Shown here piece after piece: positions 19,931-29,674 of a stretch of DNA of 64,000 nucleotides (position 1 is the first letter of the stretch; each line of letters starts with the position of its first letter). A program made the position numbers and the translations under genes. Below the pieces are notes generated by a model. It saw nothing but the letters and a program-made list of their open reading frames with translations. It was not told the DNA's origin and searched no databases. The stretch covers positions 129,839 through 193,838 of the forward strand of contig CAYMGM010000001.1 of the NCBI GenBank assembly GCA_964390005.1, given 5' to 3'. This DNA comes from an uncultured Rhodospirillaceae bacterium (GTDB taxonomy: Bacteria; Pseudomonadota; Alphaproteobacteria; UBA9219).

Positions 19931-20230
19931 TTGTATAAAACCGTCCGCATGGATGAAACAGACCGCTTGAGGCGCTTGCGCTTCCGCAGCTGGCATTGCG
20001 GTATGCGTGAGCTTGATTTGTTGCTTGGCTCTTTTGCCGACGCGCAGTTAGCGGCGCTGCCGCCGGAAGAGCTGGCCGCGTTTGAGGCGCTTCTTGCCGT
20101 GAGTAATCCTGACTTGTTTGCTTGGTTGACTCGTGCTGCCCCTGTGCCTTTGAGCTTTCAGGGGCCGCTCATGGATCGTCTTATGGCTTTTCTGGCAACA
20201 GCCCGCCTTGAGCCATCGGGATGCCTCTAA
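19931..20230 (+). CDS. sdhE: FAD assembly factor SdhE (Sdh5/DUF339 family)
   Basis: 99 aa. The signature RGMRELDLLLG motif (RGxxE) is present. It lies upstream of mfd, a common alphaproteobacterial arrangement. Confidence 0.75.
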   Translation: MYKTVRMDETDRLRRLRFRSWHCGMRELDLLLGSFADAQLAALPPEELAAFEALLAVSNPDLFAWLTRAAPVPLSFQGPLMDRLMAFLATARLEPSGCL

Positions 20231-20278
20231 GCCGAAGCTAGATAAGCGCCCCACGATGACAAATTGATCGATAGATAG

Positions 20279-23200
20279 ATGTTAGCTTCGTTTTTTTCTT
20301 TAGATCGTCCGAACCGAGAGACGCTTTATGGTGCGCCGTCGGGATTTGATGCGCGTGCGCTGGCGGCTTTGGCACACCGTGCCAAAGGACAGCCGGTTTT
20401 GTTTGTCGCGCAAGACGATATGCGGGCGGCTTTCATGGCCGAAGCCTTGGCTTTTTTCGACCCATCGATTGAACTGGTTTCTTTTCCCGCATGGGATTGT
20501 TTGCCGTATGACCGCATCTCGCCGCATGCCGATGTGTTAAGCCAGCGCTTGGCCGCCTTGGGGCGCGCGCGCCGTCCGTTTTCTATACCCTGCGTTTACC
20601 TGACGACTGTCGCGGGCTTGGCCCAACGAACGCTACCGCCCGAGGCTTTGGACGCTTCATTTTTGCGTCTTGAGGTGGGGAAAGAGACACCGCCGGATCG
20701 TCTGCGGTCCTTCTTGGTCGAAAGCGGCTTTATCTCTGTCGGCACGGTTCGCGAAAGCGGTGAGTTTGCCGTCCGAGGCGGGATTGTCGATCTATTCCCG
20801 GCGGGCTATGAAACGCCTTTTCGTTTAGATTTTTTTGGCGACGAGATCGACAGCATCCGCGCGTTCGATCCGCTGACGCAAACGACGATCGATAAAGTTA
20901 CGTCGCTTGATTTGCGCCCGATGTCCGAGGTTCTGTTAAATCCCCAAACGATTGCGACATTCCGCACGGGCTATCGCGCGTTGTTTGGAGCCGTAATGCA
21001 GCTTGATCCGCTTTACGAAGCGGTCTCGGCAGGGCAAAAGTTTCCGGGGCTCGAACATTGGCTCCCGCTATTTTATGCACATACGGCGGCTTTGTTCGAT
21101 TACTTGCCAAAGGCCGTTTTCGCTTTCGATTATCAAGCGCAGGAAGCCTATACGGCGCATATGCAGCAGGTTGCCGATTTTTACGCGGCGCGCCAAAGCC
21201 TCTATCAAGCGGCCACGCGCCAGACCAAGAAAAAAGGCGCGGCCCAACCGGCCCCAAGCTATAAACCCGTTCCGGTCGCGCAGCTTTATATGGAAGACGC
21301 GACCCTTCAACAACGTTTGGAAGCTTATCCCGTCGCTTTGTTTTCGCCATTTTCTGAAACGGAAAAAGAAGGCGAAGCCCCATCCGATCTGGGCGGCAGG
21401 CAGGGCCGCGACTTTGCTGAAGCACGGGCAGGCGACGATAGCGCCTTTCTCTACAAAGCCGTTGCCGCTTATGTTGCCGATGCGCAAAGCACGGGCCGCC
21501 GCGTGGCTGTCGCTTGTTATAGCAAAGGCTCGGCCGACCGCTTGGGCGGACTGTTGCGCCAACATGGTATGCAGATCCGCGACGATGTCACGCACTATGA
21601 TGTGATGCGGCGTGGCGATGTGGCTTCGGTTGCGATGATTGTTTTGGGGCTGGCGCATGGTTTTACTTCGCCTGACCTTGTCGTTTTGACCGAACAGGAC
21701 ATTTTGGGCGACCGTATGATCCGCGCGCCGCGCAAACGCCGCGCCGCCGCGCCGTTTCAGATGGAGCTTGGAAGCCTGTCGGTGGGCGATTTTGTCGTGC
21801 ATGCCGAGCATGGCATTGGGCGCTATGAAGGCCTTGAGGCCGTCAACGCTTTGGGCGCCGCGCATGATTGCGTGAAGCTGATCTATGACGGCGGGGATAA
21901 GCTTTTTGTTCCCGTTGAAAACATCGACGTTCTGAGCCGCTATGGCGGCGCGGATTGCGGCGCGGTCTTAGACAAACTGGGCGGCGTGGCTTGGCAGGCG
22001 CGTAAAGCGCGTGTGAAAAAGCGCTTGAAGGACATTGCCGATGCGTTGTTAAAAGTCGCTGCCGAACGCGCGCTCCGCAAGGGCGATATTCTGCAAGCGC
22101 CCGAGACCATGTATCAAGAGTTTGCGGCGCGCTTTCCCTATCCCGAGACAGACGATCAGTTGCGTGCGATTGAAAGTGTGTTGGATGACCTTTGCAGCGG
22201 CAAGCCGATGGATCGGCTGGTCTGTGGCGATGTCGGCTTTGGCAAAACGGAAATCGCGCTTCGCGCGGCTTTTGCGGCGGTCTTATCGGGCGTTCAAGTG
22301 GCTGTCGTCGTGCCGACAACCTTGCTGGCGCGGCAACATTACCAGAACTTCACGCAGCGCTTTGCTGGATTCCCGATCCGCATCGGCCAGCTTTCGCGCA
22401 TGGTCGGCGCGCGCGATGCCAAACTGACCAAAGAAGGCCTGAAAGACGGAACGACCCAAATCGTCGTCGGCACGCATGCGCTTTTGGCCAAGGATGTCGG
22501 TTTTGATAATCTGGGTCTTTTGATCATCGATGAAGAGCAGCATTTTGGCGTCAAACAAAAAGAGCGCCTGAAAGAATTGCGAACGGACGTGCATGTACTG
22601 ACGTTGACGGCCACGCCTATCCCGCGCACGTTGCAACTTGCCTTGGCCGGTGTGCGCGAGCTTAGCTTGATCGCGACGCCACCCGTGGATCGCCTGGCGG
22701 TGAAGACATTTGTTTTGCCTTTTGATCCGTTGGTGATCCGCGAAGCGTTGATGCGTGAACATTATCGTGGCGGCCAAAGCTTTTATGTCTGCCCGCGTCT
22801 TGAAGATTTAGACGGCGTCGCCGCAACTTTGCGCGAATTGGTCCCTGACCTCAAGGTTGTCAGCGCGCATGGGCGCATGACGCCAACGCAGCTTGAAGAC
22901 ATCATGACCGCTTTCGACGCGCGGCAATTTGATATTTTGCTCGCCACCAACATTGTCGAATCCGGCCTTGATATTCCCAACGCAAACACAATCGTTTTGC
23001 ATCGCGCCGATATGTTTGGTCTGGCGCAGCTTTATCAATTGCGCGGGCGCGTTGGGCGCGGCAAGCAGCGCGGTTATGCCTATTTTACCTATGCGCCGAC
23101 GGCCATGTTATCCTCGCAAGCGCAGCAGCGCTTAGAGGTTATTCAAACGTTGGATCAGCTTGGCGCTGGCTTCCAATTGGCGAGCCACGACATGGACATT

Positions 23201-23800
23201 CGCGGCGCTGGGAATTTGCTGGGCGAAGAACAGTCCGGCCATATTCGCGAAGTCGGGATCGAGCTTTATCAGCAAATGTTGGAAGACGCGATTGCGGCGG
23301 CCCGAACGGCGGGCGTTTCGCCCGCTGGCGATGATGTGCCCGACCGTTGGACACCGCAAATCGCCATTGGTCTGTCGGTCATGATTCCGGAAACTTATGT
23401 GCCGGATCTGAATGTCCGCCTTGGCCTTTACCGCCGCCTGGCCGAGGAGGTGGAAGCCGAAGACATTGACTCGATTGCGGCAGAGATGGTCGATCGTTTT
23501 GGCCCGCTGCCCGAGCCGGTTGAGAATCTTTTACAAACGGTCTTGATCAAGGGCCTGTGCCGCCGCGCTGGTGTCGCGCGTGTTGACGCTGGTCCCAAGG
23601 GCGGCGTTTTTGGCTTTTACCGCGACAGCTTTGCCGCGCCCGAGAAATTGCTGGCTTGGATCACGGCCCAGCAGGGCACAGCCCGTTTCAGACCAGATCA
23701 AAAAATCGTTGTCGTTCGGGCCTGGGATTCGATGGAGAATCGGTTGAAAGGGCTTCAAAACATTCTCAAAGAATGGGCGCAAATGCTTGTCATACCTTGA
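20279..23800 (+). CDS. mfd: transcription-repair coupling factor
   Basis: 1173 aa. UvrB-homology N-terminus, an RNAP-interaction domain, helicase motifs (GDVGFGKTEIALRAAF, DEEQHFGV) and a C-terminal TRG/D7 region. Confidence 0.95.
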   Translation: MLASFFSLDRPNRETLYGAPSGFDARALAALAHRAKGQPVLFVAQDDMRAAFMAEALAFFDPSIELVSFPAWDCLPYDRISPHADVLSQRLAALGRARRPFSIPCVYLTTVAGLAQRTLPPEALDASFLRLEVGKETPPDRLRSFLVESGFISVGTVRESGEFAVRGGIVDLFPAGYETPFRLDFFGDEIDSIRAFDPLTQTTIDKVTSLDLRPMSEVLLNPQTIATFRTGYRALFGAVMQLDPLYEAVSAGQKFPGLEHWLPLFYAHTAALFDYLPKAVFAFDYQAQEAYTAHMQQVADFYAARQSLYQAATRQTKKKGAAQPAPSYKPVPVAQLYMEDATLQQRLEAYPVALFSPFSETEKEGEAPSDLGGRQGRDFAEARAGDDSAFLYKAVAAYVADAQSTGRRVAVACYSKGSADRLGGLLRQHGMQIRDDVTHYDVMRRGDVASVAMIVLGLAHGFTSPDLVVLTEQDILGDRMIRAPRKRRAAAPFQMELGSLSVGDFVVHAEHGIGRYEGLEAVNALGAAHDCVKLIYDGGDKLFVPVENIDVLSRYGGADCGAVLDKLGGVAWQARKARVKKRLKDIADALLKVAAERALRKGDILQAPETMYQEFAARFPYPETDDQLRAIESVLDDLCSGKPMDRLVCGDVGFGKTEIALRAAFAAVLSGVQVAVVVPTTLLARQHYQNFTQRFAGFPIRIGQLSRMVGARDAKLTKEGLKDGTTQIVVGTHALLAKDVGFDNLGLLIIDEEQHFGVKQKERLKELRTDVHVLTLTATPIPRTLQLALAGVRELSLIATPPVDRLAVKTFVLPFDPLVIREALMREHYRGGQSFYVCPRLEDLDGVAATLRELVPDLKVVSAHGRMTPTQLEDIMTAFDARQFDILLATNIVESGLDIPNANTIVLHRADMFGLAQLYQLRGRVGRGKQRGYAYFTYAPTAMLSSQAQQRLEVIQTLDQLGAGFQLASHDMDIRGAGNLLGEEQSGHIREVGIELYQQMLEDAIAAARTAGVSPAGDDVPDRWTPQIAIGLSVMIPETYVPDLNVRLGLYRRLAEEVEAEDIDSIAAEMVDRFGPLPEPVENLLQTVLIKGLCRRAGVARVDAGPKGGVFGFYRDSFAAPEKLLAWITAQQGTARFRPDQKIVVVRAWDSMENRLKGLQNILKEWAQMLVIP

Positions 23801-23913
23801 AAAGTAACGAAATATAAGGATTATTGCGGCACAATCCCGTCCGGTTTATCATAAAAACCGTTCCGATCAGGCCGTTTGAGCCCATTTGAGCCCTTTTGAG
23901 CAAGGAGTTATCG

Positions 23914-24273
23914 ATGTCCGAAGATTACGTTGTCTCTAAAATCCGCGAAGCTATGCAAGCGACGGATCAAGACAAACGTGACGCCCAAAAGCTGTTGATT
24001 ACATGGGCTGTCCGCGATCAGGCTTTGCTTTTAGGTTTGGCCAAGCCTCATCTGAAAGGGATTGTCGCGGCCCGTATCGAAAGCCTGTTTGGGGGCGATG
24101 GGGTCGGTGCTCATGATAAAACGCATTTTTCTTTGAAAGATGCCGATGCCATGGCGGCCTCCGCGCGTCCGATGGGGGATAAACGCTCACATGTCCCACC
24201 GCCAAAATCGTCTGTTCGCCAAGCTTCTGTGATGCAGCAGTTGGCCGATGCCTATAAAAAAGGTAAAAAATAA
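23914..24273 (+). CDS. hypothetical protein
   Basis: The ATG at 23914 is preceded by a perfect AAGGAG SD. The ORF-track TTG at 23896 is less likely. 119 aa, no known motifs. Confidence 0.45.
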   Translation: MSEDYVVSKIREAMQATDQDKRDAQKLLITWAVRDQALLLGLAKPHLKGIVAARIESLFGGDGVGAHDKTHFSLKDADAMAASARPMGDKRSHVPPPKSSVRQASVMQQLADAYKKGKK

Positions 24274-24389
24274 AGACATAGTGCTTTGTTGTATAAAGAT
24301 ATTTTATCATATTTGTTTGCGGTCTTTAAAACAGTACAAATATGGTCTAATATATCTATTGTGAACAAAGTCTAGCGAGGGAGGTCAAA

Positions 24390-24644
24390 ATGACAACCTA
24401 CCATCAAGGGATGACCAAAAGCGGACGTCTTGGCGTCGCTGTCTTGCTCTTACTCTCGTTAAGCGCATGCAGTGGCATGAATAAAACCGAGCAGCGCGTT
24501 TTATCGGGCGCGGCCATCGGTACAGGGGTCGGTGCGGCGGGAACGGTGTTAACAGGCGGCTGCGTTGCTTGTGGCGCTGCCATCGGCGGTGCTGTCGGTG
24601 CTGGCACGGGCTATGTTATCGATAAGGTCGAAAAAAACAAATAA
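24390..24644 (+). CDS. glycine-zipper (YMGG-like) lipoprotein
   Basis: 84 aa. Lipobox LSLSACSG, followed by a Gly-zipper GAAIGTGVGAAGTVLTGGCVACGAAIGGAVGAGTG. A GGGAGG RBS lies upstream. Confidence 0.6.
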   Translation: MTTYHQGMTKSGRLGVAVLLLLSLSACSGMNKTEQRVLSGAAIGTGVGAAGTVLTGGCVACGAAIGGAVGAGTGYVIDKVEKNK

Positions 24645-24650
24645 GCGCAC

Positions 24651-25901
24651 CTACTTCTTGGCATGCTCCATCATGGCGTCTGTGAAATTTGCATCTTTGA
24701 GTTTGGCCTCCGAGAAGTCGGCATAGCGAAGGTCGGCGCCTGTAAAATCCGCATACATCAGGTTTGCGCCATTGAAATTGGCGTAACGCAGATTGGCCCC
24801 TCGGAAAGAGGCGGGCAGCTTGCGCCCGTTGTCAAGCTGCAAAGCCTCAAGCCGCGCATGAGCCAAATTGGCTGAGACCATATTGCAATTGTTAAAATTG
24901 CTGGCGCGAAGATCGGCAAAGGATAGGTTGGATTTTCGGAAATCGCTGCTTTCGAAGATGGCGGCTTGAAGATTGCTGTAAGACAGATCGACGCCATAAA
25001 GAACAGCATTGCGCGCGATCATCATTGTCAGATCGACGGCTTTAAATGTCTTCAAGCCGCGCAGATCGAAACCGGATAAATCCAGTTTTTTACCTTTTTT
25101 ACCTTCGCTTGTGAGCCATTGCTGATGCATGGAAACCAGCTCTTCTGGCGAATAGTCCGTTTTCTCGATCGAATGACCCTGTGGGGTATTGAGAAGCGCG
25201 CCTTCTAAATTGACGTCTTTGACTTTCTTACCCGCCAAATCCATCAATGTCCCGGCAAGATTGGCTCCGGCAAAATTAACGCCCTGCATCGAGACGTTGC
25301 TTAGGTCGGCCCCTGTTAGGTCTGCGCCTTCAAAGTTGGCGTTTTCAAGCTTGCCTTCAGAGATTTTAACGTTTTTAAGAACGGCATCTGCAAAAATCGA
25401 GTTTTGCGTTACGGCGCTTGCCATGCGGACAGATGCCAGATTTGCGCCACTCATATCCGCGCCGCCGACGCCGTCGGCCCAGGCCGAGCCTTCGCTTGAG
25501 AAGGATAAGCCTTTTTCAGGGTCGTAAGAGGCAAAATTGCCTTCGCGTAAATCGGCTTCATGCAAATTAGCGCCGACCAGAATGGCATCTTTTAATGCGG
25601 CGCCGCGTAAATCGGCGCGGACAAGTTGCGCGTTTCGAAAATTGGCTTTGCGCAGATCGCAGGCAAAGAACAAACAATAATTCAGTGTCGATTTTTCAAA
25701 ATTAGATTCATATAAAACAGATCCTGTAAAATCGGCATGAGAGAGATCTTGGCCGTGAAAATCAAGACCGGTCATATCAAAATGAGATAAAAGCGCACGC
25801 GAACCGCCACCACGCCCTTGACGAAACAAGAGATGGTGCTCGATCAAAACATCAAGCTGAGGTTGTGTCAGCTTTTTAAGCGTTTTATTGATATCTGTCA
25901 T
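24651..25901 (-). CDS. pentapeptide-repeat protein (416 aa)
   Basis: Long runs of A(D/N)LxG/A(N/D)FxG pentapeptide repeats across most of the length (for example ADFTGADLRYADFSEAKLKDANFTDA). Confidence 0.8.
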   Translation of the reverse strand: MTDINKTLKKLTQPQLDVLIEHHLLFRQGRGGGSRALLSHFDMTGLDFHGQDLSHADFTGSVLYESNFEKSTLNYCLFFACDLRKANFRNAQLVRADLRGAALKDAILVGANLHEADLREGNFASYDPEKGLSFSSEGSAWADGVGGADMSGANLASVRMASAVTQNSIFADAVLKNVKISEGKLENANFEGADLTGADLSNVSMQGVNFAGANLAGTLMDLAGKKVKDVNLEGALLNTPQGHSIEKTDYSPEELVSMHQQWLTSEGKKGKKLDLSGFDLRGLKTFKAVDLTMMIARNAVLYGVDLSYSNLQAAIFESSDFRKSNLSFADLRASNFNNCNMVSANLAHARLEALQLDNGRKLPASFRGANLRYANFNGANLMYADFTGADLRYADFSEAKLKDANFTDAMMEHAKK

Positions 25902-25941
25902 TTATGCAATTAGCTATAAGCCGTCTTTGTCCTGCGGACGA

Positions 25942-26238
25942 TTATTTGGCGTCTCCGATCAGGGGACGCGTCAGCGCACAAAGCGATCCTGTGCATGTCA
26001 CCAAAATGCCGTCGATCATAGGGGCTTTATCGTCCTGCATTTTGACTTTCTGACAGGTGACTTTATATATTGTTGGCGCATCAAGTCCAATTTTTTGGAC
26101 ATAGACTTCAATTTTTTGTGGTGAACAATTGTTTTGGCGCGCGACATCGCGCGCTTCGGCTTGTCCGGCTTGTGCTGGGGCCGAAGCAAGACAAAAGCCA
26201 AGAAATAAAACATCTAAAAACAGGCATTTTCTTAGCAT
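25942..26238 (-). CDS. small secreted Cys-containing hypothetical protein
   Basis: 98 aa. Signal peptide MLRKCLFLDVLFLGFCLASAPAQA. Six Cys in the mature part. Confidence 0.4.
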   Translation of the reverse strand: MLRKCLFLDVLFLGFCLASAPAQAGQAEARDVARQNNCSPQKIEVYVQKIGLDAPTIYKVTCQKVKMQDDKAPMIDGILVTCTGSLCALTRPLIGDAK

Positions 26239-26396
26239 GATTTCTTATACAACAATGTTGTTAAAGGCTGGTGAAGGTGGGCTATATTTGAAAGATTCTA
26301 TCTTTGAGATCAGCTTAGAAGGTTGAAGAAGAAAAGCGTTTGACGACGTATGCGGCAGATCGAAAGAATCGACCGCATGCGTCGCCAAAAATGGAA

Positions 26397-28280
26397 TTAA
26401 TCGCTTTCTTTTTTCTTTAAACTATCCAGCAGCGTCGTATCGAGGCGAACGGGATAGGCGCTTTTCAGATAGTTGGCATAAAGTTCCAAAAGATCCATGG
26501 AAAGGCTGCGGGTCAGCTGCGTACGCAGTTTTTCTTCTTGTTGTTTGTCGGCTGACGCAGGCTCAACCCGGACAAGACGGAAAACGAATTCCTTATTTTC
26601 ATCCGAGACAACGTCGATGTCCTTGTTTTTGATTGTGAAGGCGCGTTGAGCCACTTGCGGCGGCAATTCCGAATCTGCATCGCCCAATAAGGAGAGGGGC
26701 TTGGATAAGCGTACGTCGACGCCTGGCAGCGTTGCGAACTTGCTAAAGTTGGCGCCATCGCGCAGGGCTTTGGCGATTTCTTCGGCCTTCTGTCGGGCAG
26801 CTTCGGTTTGGCGTTCGGCGATAACTTTTTGAGCGACGATGGCTTTGACGGAATCAAAGGGGCGAATTTGGCTGGGCTGAACGTCGTCCGTGCGCACAAC
26901 CAAATAATTGCCCTGGCCGTCTTCGATCACGGCGCTCACGTCACTGGCCGCTTGCGAAAAAGCGGTTTTGATGACATCGCCTTTGGGCAGTTCTTCTTTC
27001 AGTTTCGATCCATCGGCGCGCAGACCTTGCGATGTCAAAAGCGGGGTTTTGATCAGACGCAATTTCAAAAGATCGGCGATATCCTCAAGGCTGTGACCGG
27101 CGGCCAATTCGTCGTCGAGTTGATTGACGGCTTTGGCGAGATAATCGGACGCCTGTTCATTTTTCAGGCTGTCGCGAATTTCGTCTTTAACCTCGGCGAG
27201 CGCCGGAAGCCCACTGGGGTGTATCTTTTTGAGTTGGACGACATGCCACCCAAGTTGGCTTTTGACCGGGGGCGCAATCTGGCCTTCGGCGATGGCAAAG
27301 ACCGAGGCATAAAGTTCATGCATCACCGATTTGTCGTCAACGCCAGCGATAGGAACAGCGGTCAGCTTCATGGCCTTGGCGGCGCTTGCAAGATCGCCTG
27401 TTTTTTGAGCTGCTTCGGCCAAGGCCTTGGCTTTGGCTTCATCCTGTAACACGACCTGAAGAATGTCGCGTTTTTCGGGGCGCTTAAGCGAGTCTTTGCG
27501 CTCGTCATAGGCGTTTTTGATCTCATCGTCGGATGGTTTGATGTTTTTCATGACGGCATCGCCGTTCAAGATAGCGACGGTCAGTGAACGGTATTCGGGG
27601 GCCGTAAATTCTTGCGCGGCCTCTTTATCATAATAAGCGCGCAATGTTTTCTCGTCGGGCTTGTCGTCAACTTTCATCGCGTTATGGCGCAGGCTTAAGA
27701 CTTCAAGAACGCGTTTATCAGCGCGTGCGCGGTAGAGGTCTTTGACCATAAGATTGGGTAAGGGCGTATTCTCGATCAGGCCTGAGATTAACAACTTGCG
27801 TCCACGGAAAGCGCGTTCCATGTCGAAAATGTTTTGCTCTGTTTGGCGCGATTCGGCAACCAGACGGCGCCATTTGGCGCGATCAAAATGACCTTGTTTG
27901 TCTTGTAATTCGGGCTGCGTGGCAAAAAATTGCAAGATAGATTTATTGGAAACGTTCAAGCCCAGCTTTTTGACTTCTTGATCGTTGGCGGCCTTTTGCA
28001 TCAGGCCGTTGAGCGTGCGGTCTAAGATGCCAATCTGGCGGGCTTCATTTTCAGTCAGTTGCGGACCGAAAACTTGACGCGCTTCGGGAAGATCTTTTTT
28101 GAAGGCTTGTTCCAATTCGCCCACGGTGATTTTGACATCGCCGACCGTTGCGACCGCTTTTTGCTGTAGATTGCCGCGGAAGATATCGCCAATGCCCCAA
28201 ATACTGAAGCTAACGACCAAAAGAAGCATAAGCCCTTTAAAGATCCATGATTGGGCGAGAACGCGCATCGATTGAAGCAT
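26397..28280 (-). CDS. ppiD: periplasmic chaperone / peptidyl-prolyl isomerase PpiD (SurA-N domain family)
   Basis: 627 aa. An N-terminal TM anchor, a SurA-like N domain, and a parvulin-like segment (GQIAPPVKSQLGWHVVQL). Confidence 0.75.
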   Translation of the reverse strand: MLQSMRVLAQSWIFKGLMLLLVVSFSIWGIGDIFRGNLQQKAVATVGDVKITVGELEQAFKKDLPEARQVFGPQLTENEARQIGILDRTLNGLMQKAANDQEVKKLGLNVSNKSILQFFATQPELQDKQGHFDRAKWRRLVAESRQTEQNIFDMERAFRGRKLLISGLIENTPLPNLMVKDLYRARADKRVLEVLSLRHNAMKVDDKPDEKTLRAYYDKEAAQEFTAPEYRSLTVAILNGDAVMKNIKPSDDEIKNAYDERKDSLKRPEKRDILQVVLQDEAKAKALAEAAQKTGDLASAAKAMKLTAVPIAGVDDKSVMHELYASVFAIAEGQIAPPVKSQLGWHVVQLKKIHPSGLPALAEVKDEIRDSLKNEQASDYLAKAVNQLDDELAAGHSLEDIADLLKLRLIKTPLLTSQGLRADGSKLKEELPKGDVIKTAFSQAASDVSAVIEDGQGNYLVVRTDDVQPSQIRPFDSVKAIVAQKVIAERQTEAARQKAEEIAKALRDGANFSKFATLPGVDVRLSKPLSLLGDADSELPPQVAQRAFTIKNKDIDVVSDENKEFVFRLVRVEPASADKQQEEKLRTQLTRSLSMDLLELYANYLKSAYPVRLDTTLLDSLKKKESD

Positions 28281-28507
28281 AAGAAGTCGATCCTGTCTGT
28301 CGGCGCATAATAATGAAGACAGAACAAAACGTCCTGCCGACTTGACGTTTTGTTGAAAGCGGCGGCATGATAAACAAGAAACGTCCCTTGCGGCAACCGG
28401 GCATTTCTTTGCCCTTGTTCCTTGTTTCCCTGTCCTTATATAGTGTAGGCGATCTTGATTCGCTTCTTTATTGTGACCCCACCCTAAGATAGCTCAAAGG
28501 TGTAACA

Positions 28508-29269
28508 ATGGCCAAAAGGCGCAAGCTTATCGCCGGAAACTGGAAAATGAACGGACGGCTGACGTCTGGTTTGACGCTTGCCAAGGCACTGGCGGATCAA
28601 GCCGATATGAACAAACCGCTTCCTTATGATTTATTGATCTGTCCGCCTGCCACGCTTATCTGGCCGATTGCCGAGACGTTGATGGGAACGCCCGTCCTTT
28701 TAGGCGCGCAAGACTGCCACACGGCCAACCACGGCGCATTCACGGGCGATATCAGTGCGGGCATGTTGGCTGATTTGGGGTGCCGCTATGTCATTTTAGG
28801 CCATTCCGAGCGGCGCGTCGGCCATGCCGAGACAAACGATTTTGTCGCCCGGAAAGTTTCTGCGGCGCAATTGGCTGGTTTGAACACGATCCTTTGCGTT
28901 GGCGAGTCTTTAGAACAGCGCGTCAGCGGCAATACCGAGCTGGCGATTGTTCAACAATTATCCGAATCGCTTCCTGAAAAGTACCAAGCCTCGCAAATGG
29001 TTGTTGCGTATGAGCCTTTATGGGCGATTGGCTCGGGGCAGCAGCCGACGTTAGACGAAATCAGGGCTGTGCACCGCCTGATCCGGCGTACGCTGGGCAA
29101 TGTCGGCGAAATGGTCCAGGTTTTGTACGGAGGCTCGGTGACGTCCGAAAATGCGGGTCCTCTTTTACAAAACAATGAAATTGACGGTGTTTTGGTCGGC
29201 GGCGCTAGCCTAAACGCTGACGCTTTTTGGGCGATTGCTCAAAAAGCCGACTTCCCGGAGGATGAATAG
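28508..29269 (+). CDS. tpiA: triose-phosphate isomerase
   Basis: 253 aa. The AGNWKMNG N-terminus and the catalytic-loop motifs YEPLWAIGSG and ILGHSERR. Confidence 0.95.
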   Translation: MAKRRKLIAGNWKMNGRLTSGLTLAKALADQADMNKPLPYDLLICPPATLIWPIAETLMGTPVLLGAQDCHTANHGAFTGDISAGMLADLGCRYVILGHSERRVGHAETNDFVARKVSAAQLAGLNTILCVGESLEQRVSGNTELAIVQQLSESLPEKYQASQMVVAYEPLWAIGSGQQPTLDEIRAVHRLIRRTLGNVGEMVQVLYGGSVTSENAGPLLQNNEIDGVLVGGASLNADAFWAIAQKADFPEDE

Positions 29270-29369
29270 TTAACGCGCCAGCAAGTCCTTTTAAAAAAAC
29301 GTGTGAAAAGCAAAGCGCGGGCTTGCAACGGCGGGCTGTGACAGTTATAAAGCCATCCTTCCAGACGGA

Positions 29370-29446
29370 CGGAGAGTAGCTCAGCCTGGTAGAGCACTGC
29401 TTTCGGGAGGCAGGGGCCGGAGGTTCGAATCCTCTCTCTCCGACCA
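29370..29446 (+). tRNA. tRNA-Pro (anticodon CGG)
   Basis: Cloverleaf folded by hand. Acceptor CGGAGAG/CTCTCCG, D-arm GCTC-AGCCTGGTA-GAGC, anticodon stem CTGCT/GGCAG with loop TTCGGGA (anticodon CGG), a T-arm with GGTTCGAATCC, discriminator A, and an encoded CCA. Confidence 0.85.
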
Positions 29447-29486
29447 GTCAAAGAAAAAGGCCCCTTTATGGGGCCTTTTTCTTTGA
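29447..29486 (+). terminator. rho-independent terminator immediately 3' of tRNA-Pro
   Basis: AAAGAAAAAGGCCCC-TTTA-TGGGGCCTTTTTCTTT hairpin with a U-tail. Confidence 0.7.
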
Positions 29487-29615
29487 CTAATTTGGTAGAG
29501 GATACGAACCGGAGAAGGAGGTTTGACCAAACAGTCTGGGAGACTGTTTGGCGCGAGGCGAAGCCGAGATCTGAGCAGCGCGAAGATCAAAAACAGACTT
29601 TAAGTTTGTTTTTGC

Positions 29616-29674
29616 AATCCTCTCTCTCCGACCAGTCAAAGAAAAAGGCCCCTTTATGGGGCCTTTTTCTTTGA
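29616..29674 (+). repeat. 59-bp perfect direct repeat of the tRNA-Pro 3' end plus terminator (a second copy of 29428-29486)
   Basis: AATCCTCTCTCTCCGACCAGTCAAAGAAAAAGGCCCCTTTATGGGGCCTTTTTCTTTGA occurs twice, 129 bp apart. This is an att-site-like scar. Confidence 0.85.

Noticed and set aside
21068-21865. 265-aa minus-strand ORF (and several other 60-200-aa ORFs between 20300 and 23800)
   Set aside because: They lie entirely antisense or out of frame within mfd, which has strong full-length homology support. High-GC genomes generate long spurious antisense ORFs.
26808-27449. 213-aa plus-strand ORF
   Set aside because: It is antisense within ppiD.
28322-28352. Inverted repeat ACAAAACGTC-N10-GACGTTTTGT between ppiD and tpiA considered as a terminator
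   Set aside because: No flanking U-tract on either strand, and it lies upstream of both divergently oriented genes. More likely an operator-like palindrome, but there is too little evidence to call it.
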